Translations under genes and position numbers: made by a program
Notes under the pieces: generated by a model
Databases searched by the model: none
What the model was told of the DNA's origin: nothing
The model's input: the letters and a program-made list of their open reading frames with translations, nothing else
Assembly: GCA_016699385.1 (NCBI GenBank)
Contig: CP064974.1
Coordinates: 954,617-1,018,616 of the forward strand
Source: Candidatus Moraniibacteriota bacterium
Lineage (GTDB): Bacteria > Patescibacteriota > Minisyncoccia > Moranbacterales > UBA1568
Reading direction: 5' to 3'
DNA length: 64,000 bases
In this document: in pieces, positions 62,931 through 64,000 of the stretch
How the letters are laid out: each line of letters starts with the position of its first letter
How positions within the stretch are numbered: the stretch's first letter is position 1

Positions 62931-63689
62931 ATGTCTATGATTGAAAAAGATATTCAATCTCTCGGTCTCAATGAGAAGGAAGCGAAGGTATATCTCGCTT
63001 CACTCGAACTCGGACAAGCGACGGTGCAGAAGATTTCTATGAAGGCGAGCATCAAACGCCCGACGACGTATTTTATCATTGAAAACTTGATGGAACGCGG
63101 ACTCATGTCGAGCTATTACCAAGGAAAGAAGCAGTTGTTCATGGCGGAAATGCCTGAACGCATTCTCGATCTTATTGCCAAGGAACGAAAAGATTTGGAA
63201 CTTCGCGAAGAGCAATTTAAGCGTTTGCTTCCCGAACTCCAATCAATCAATAATCGCAACAAAGACAAACCAGTGGTGAAATACTATGAGGGGAAGGAAG
63301 GGGTGATTTCAATGACATTGGATCACATGAAACTGAGTAAAAATCAGGTGTTTTATACGGTTTTTTCTCGCGATATTATTGAACAGGTAATGACTCCTGA
63401 TGAATTAACTCGTTTTCGAAAGGAACGGCTTGGAAATAAAATTTCCGCAAGAGCAATTTATTCTCGGGAGAAAGGTGATCTTACTGGTGTTGAGAATGCG
63501 AATATGGTAAGGCTACCGGCAAAAGATTTTCCCGTGAGTTGTGACATTGCTTTTTATGAAGACAAGGTTCGGATTGCTTCTTTTAAAGATAGGCTTATGG
63601 GAGTGGTGATAGAGGATAAGGAAATTGCTCAATCTTTTCGTGTCATATTTGAACTGGCGTGGAAATGGGTTAATAGAGAAAAGTCCTGA
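62931..63689 (+). CDS. TrmB-family transcriptional regulator (paralog of 30731..31504)
   Basis: LGLNEKEAKVYLASLELGQATVQKISMKASIKRPTTYFIIENLMERGL aligns with the first paralog, as does the C-terminal part (VVKYYEGKEGVISM...). Confidence 0.7.
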   Translation: MSMIEKDIQSLGLNEKEAKVYLASLELGQATVQKISMKASIKRPTTYFIIENLMERGLMSSYYQGKKQLFMAEMPERILDLIAKERKDLELREEQFKRLLPELQSINNRNKDKPVVKYYEGKEGVISMTLDHMKLSKNQVFYTVFSRDIIEQVMTPDELTRFRKERLGNKISARAIYSREKGDLTGVENANMVRLPAKDFPVSCDIAFYEDKVRIASFKDRLMGVVIEDKEIAQSFRVIFELAWKWVNREKS

Positions 63690-64000
63690 GGTTGAATAGA
63701 GGAAAATATTCTGGTCTCATGACTCGTGAAAAGATTTTAAAAGACCGTCACAATATATGAGGCGGTCTTTTCGCTTGGAAAAAGTGGAAAAAGTTGATGG
63801 GTTGCAAGTGTGAGCCTGCAACCCATGGTGGTGTTTAAACTGGCATGACCTTTCTCCTTCATGGGAGAGTCTCCTTTCGCCTCGTGCGCACGAGACTTCG
63901 GAGGGTTAAAGAACATGTCTGCTCCGATTCTTCGTTGGGAACCAGTGTGCAGACACCCGTACCTACATTTCCAAGGTAGCACATTCTTATATTTTGTCAA

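Noticed and set aside
1-64000. Numerous 60-130-aa ORFs antisense to or out of frame within large genes (for example 47827..48129, 55288..55707, 12523..13533, 58326..59105)
   Set aside because: They are embedded in well-supported genes on the opposite strand or in another frame, they lack RBS and homology, and they typically show Arg/Ser/Cys-rich composition typical of out-of-frame GC-containing sequence.
63737-64000. 87-aa minus-strand ORF at the window edge
   Set aside because: Cys/Arg/His-rich, unprotein-like composition. The region is rich in DNA palindromes and is more likely non-coding.
1-64000. CRISPR arrays, integrons, prophage structural genes, toxin-antitoxin pairs
   Set aside because: No regularly spaced direct repeats of CRISPR size. 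No attC-like sites with an intI gene. No capsid, terminase or portal signatures. No convincing toxin-antitoxin pair was identified by eye.

Overview
This 64-kb window is a chromosomal segment spanning the replication origin, with the classic jag-yidC-rnpA-rpmH | dnaA-dnaN arrangement at ~25.2-28.7 kb. A perfect DnaA box (TTATCCACA) lies in the rpmH-dnaA spacer. The gene content points to a small-genome, Gram-positive-like or Candidate Phyla Radiation (Patescibacteria)-like bacterium: weak ribosome-binding sites, FemAB, a T4SS-like locus, type IV pilus ATPases, many small and split genes.

Left of the origin (2.3-17.7 kb, all on the + strand, which is the lagging strand there) is a Gram-positive-type type IV secretion-like locus. 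It contains a LysM-CHAP cell-wall hydrolase, a VirB6/TrbL-like polytopic protein, a PrgI/VirB3-like protein, a VirB4 ATPase split into two ORFs, a 902-aa secreted surface protein, a Cys-rich protein carrying a VirB2/TrbC-like pilin core, and a membrane-anchored beta-propeller. No relaxase or coupling protein is visible in the window. Parts of the locus look AT-richer than the flanks.

Next comes a minus-strand surface-glycan operon: Wzx flippase, two GT2 glycosyltransferases, and two tandem O-antigen-ligase-like paralogs.

Right of the origin, in order:
- dnaA-dnaN-dciA-like, followed by uncharacterised genes and a TrmB-family regulator.
- A 680-bp regulatory spacer holding a consensus sigma-70 promoter and a structured leader.
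- A DUF1003 protein with an acidic heptad-repeat tail.
- PBP1A.
- A 4-gene minus-strand operon that I read as a RimK-related ATP-grasp / retropepsin-like protease / 7TM peptide-ligase-type system. Its two distal genes are strongly AT-rich.
- ruvC, yebC, a PH-domain protein and ruvB (ruvA sits 17 kb away).
- A rearranged segment carrying a 50-bp direct repeat and a remnant of a pilB 3' end.
- A 1012-aa ORF that is a covalent tandem fusion of two PilB/GspE ATPase units.
- nrnA, tsaE, polA, holA, rpsT, ruvA, femAB-like, and a second TrmB paralog.

A dispersed ~85-100 bp palindromic repeat family with compensatory stem changes occurs at least three times (17.7, 43.1 and 51.3 kb).

No rRNA, tRNA or CRISPR array was found. 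All ORF-track starts are longest-ORF starts (GTG/TTG counted as M); several were trimmed here on sequence grounds. Hand-counted coordinates may be off by a base or two.
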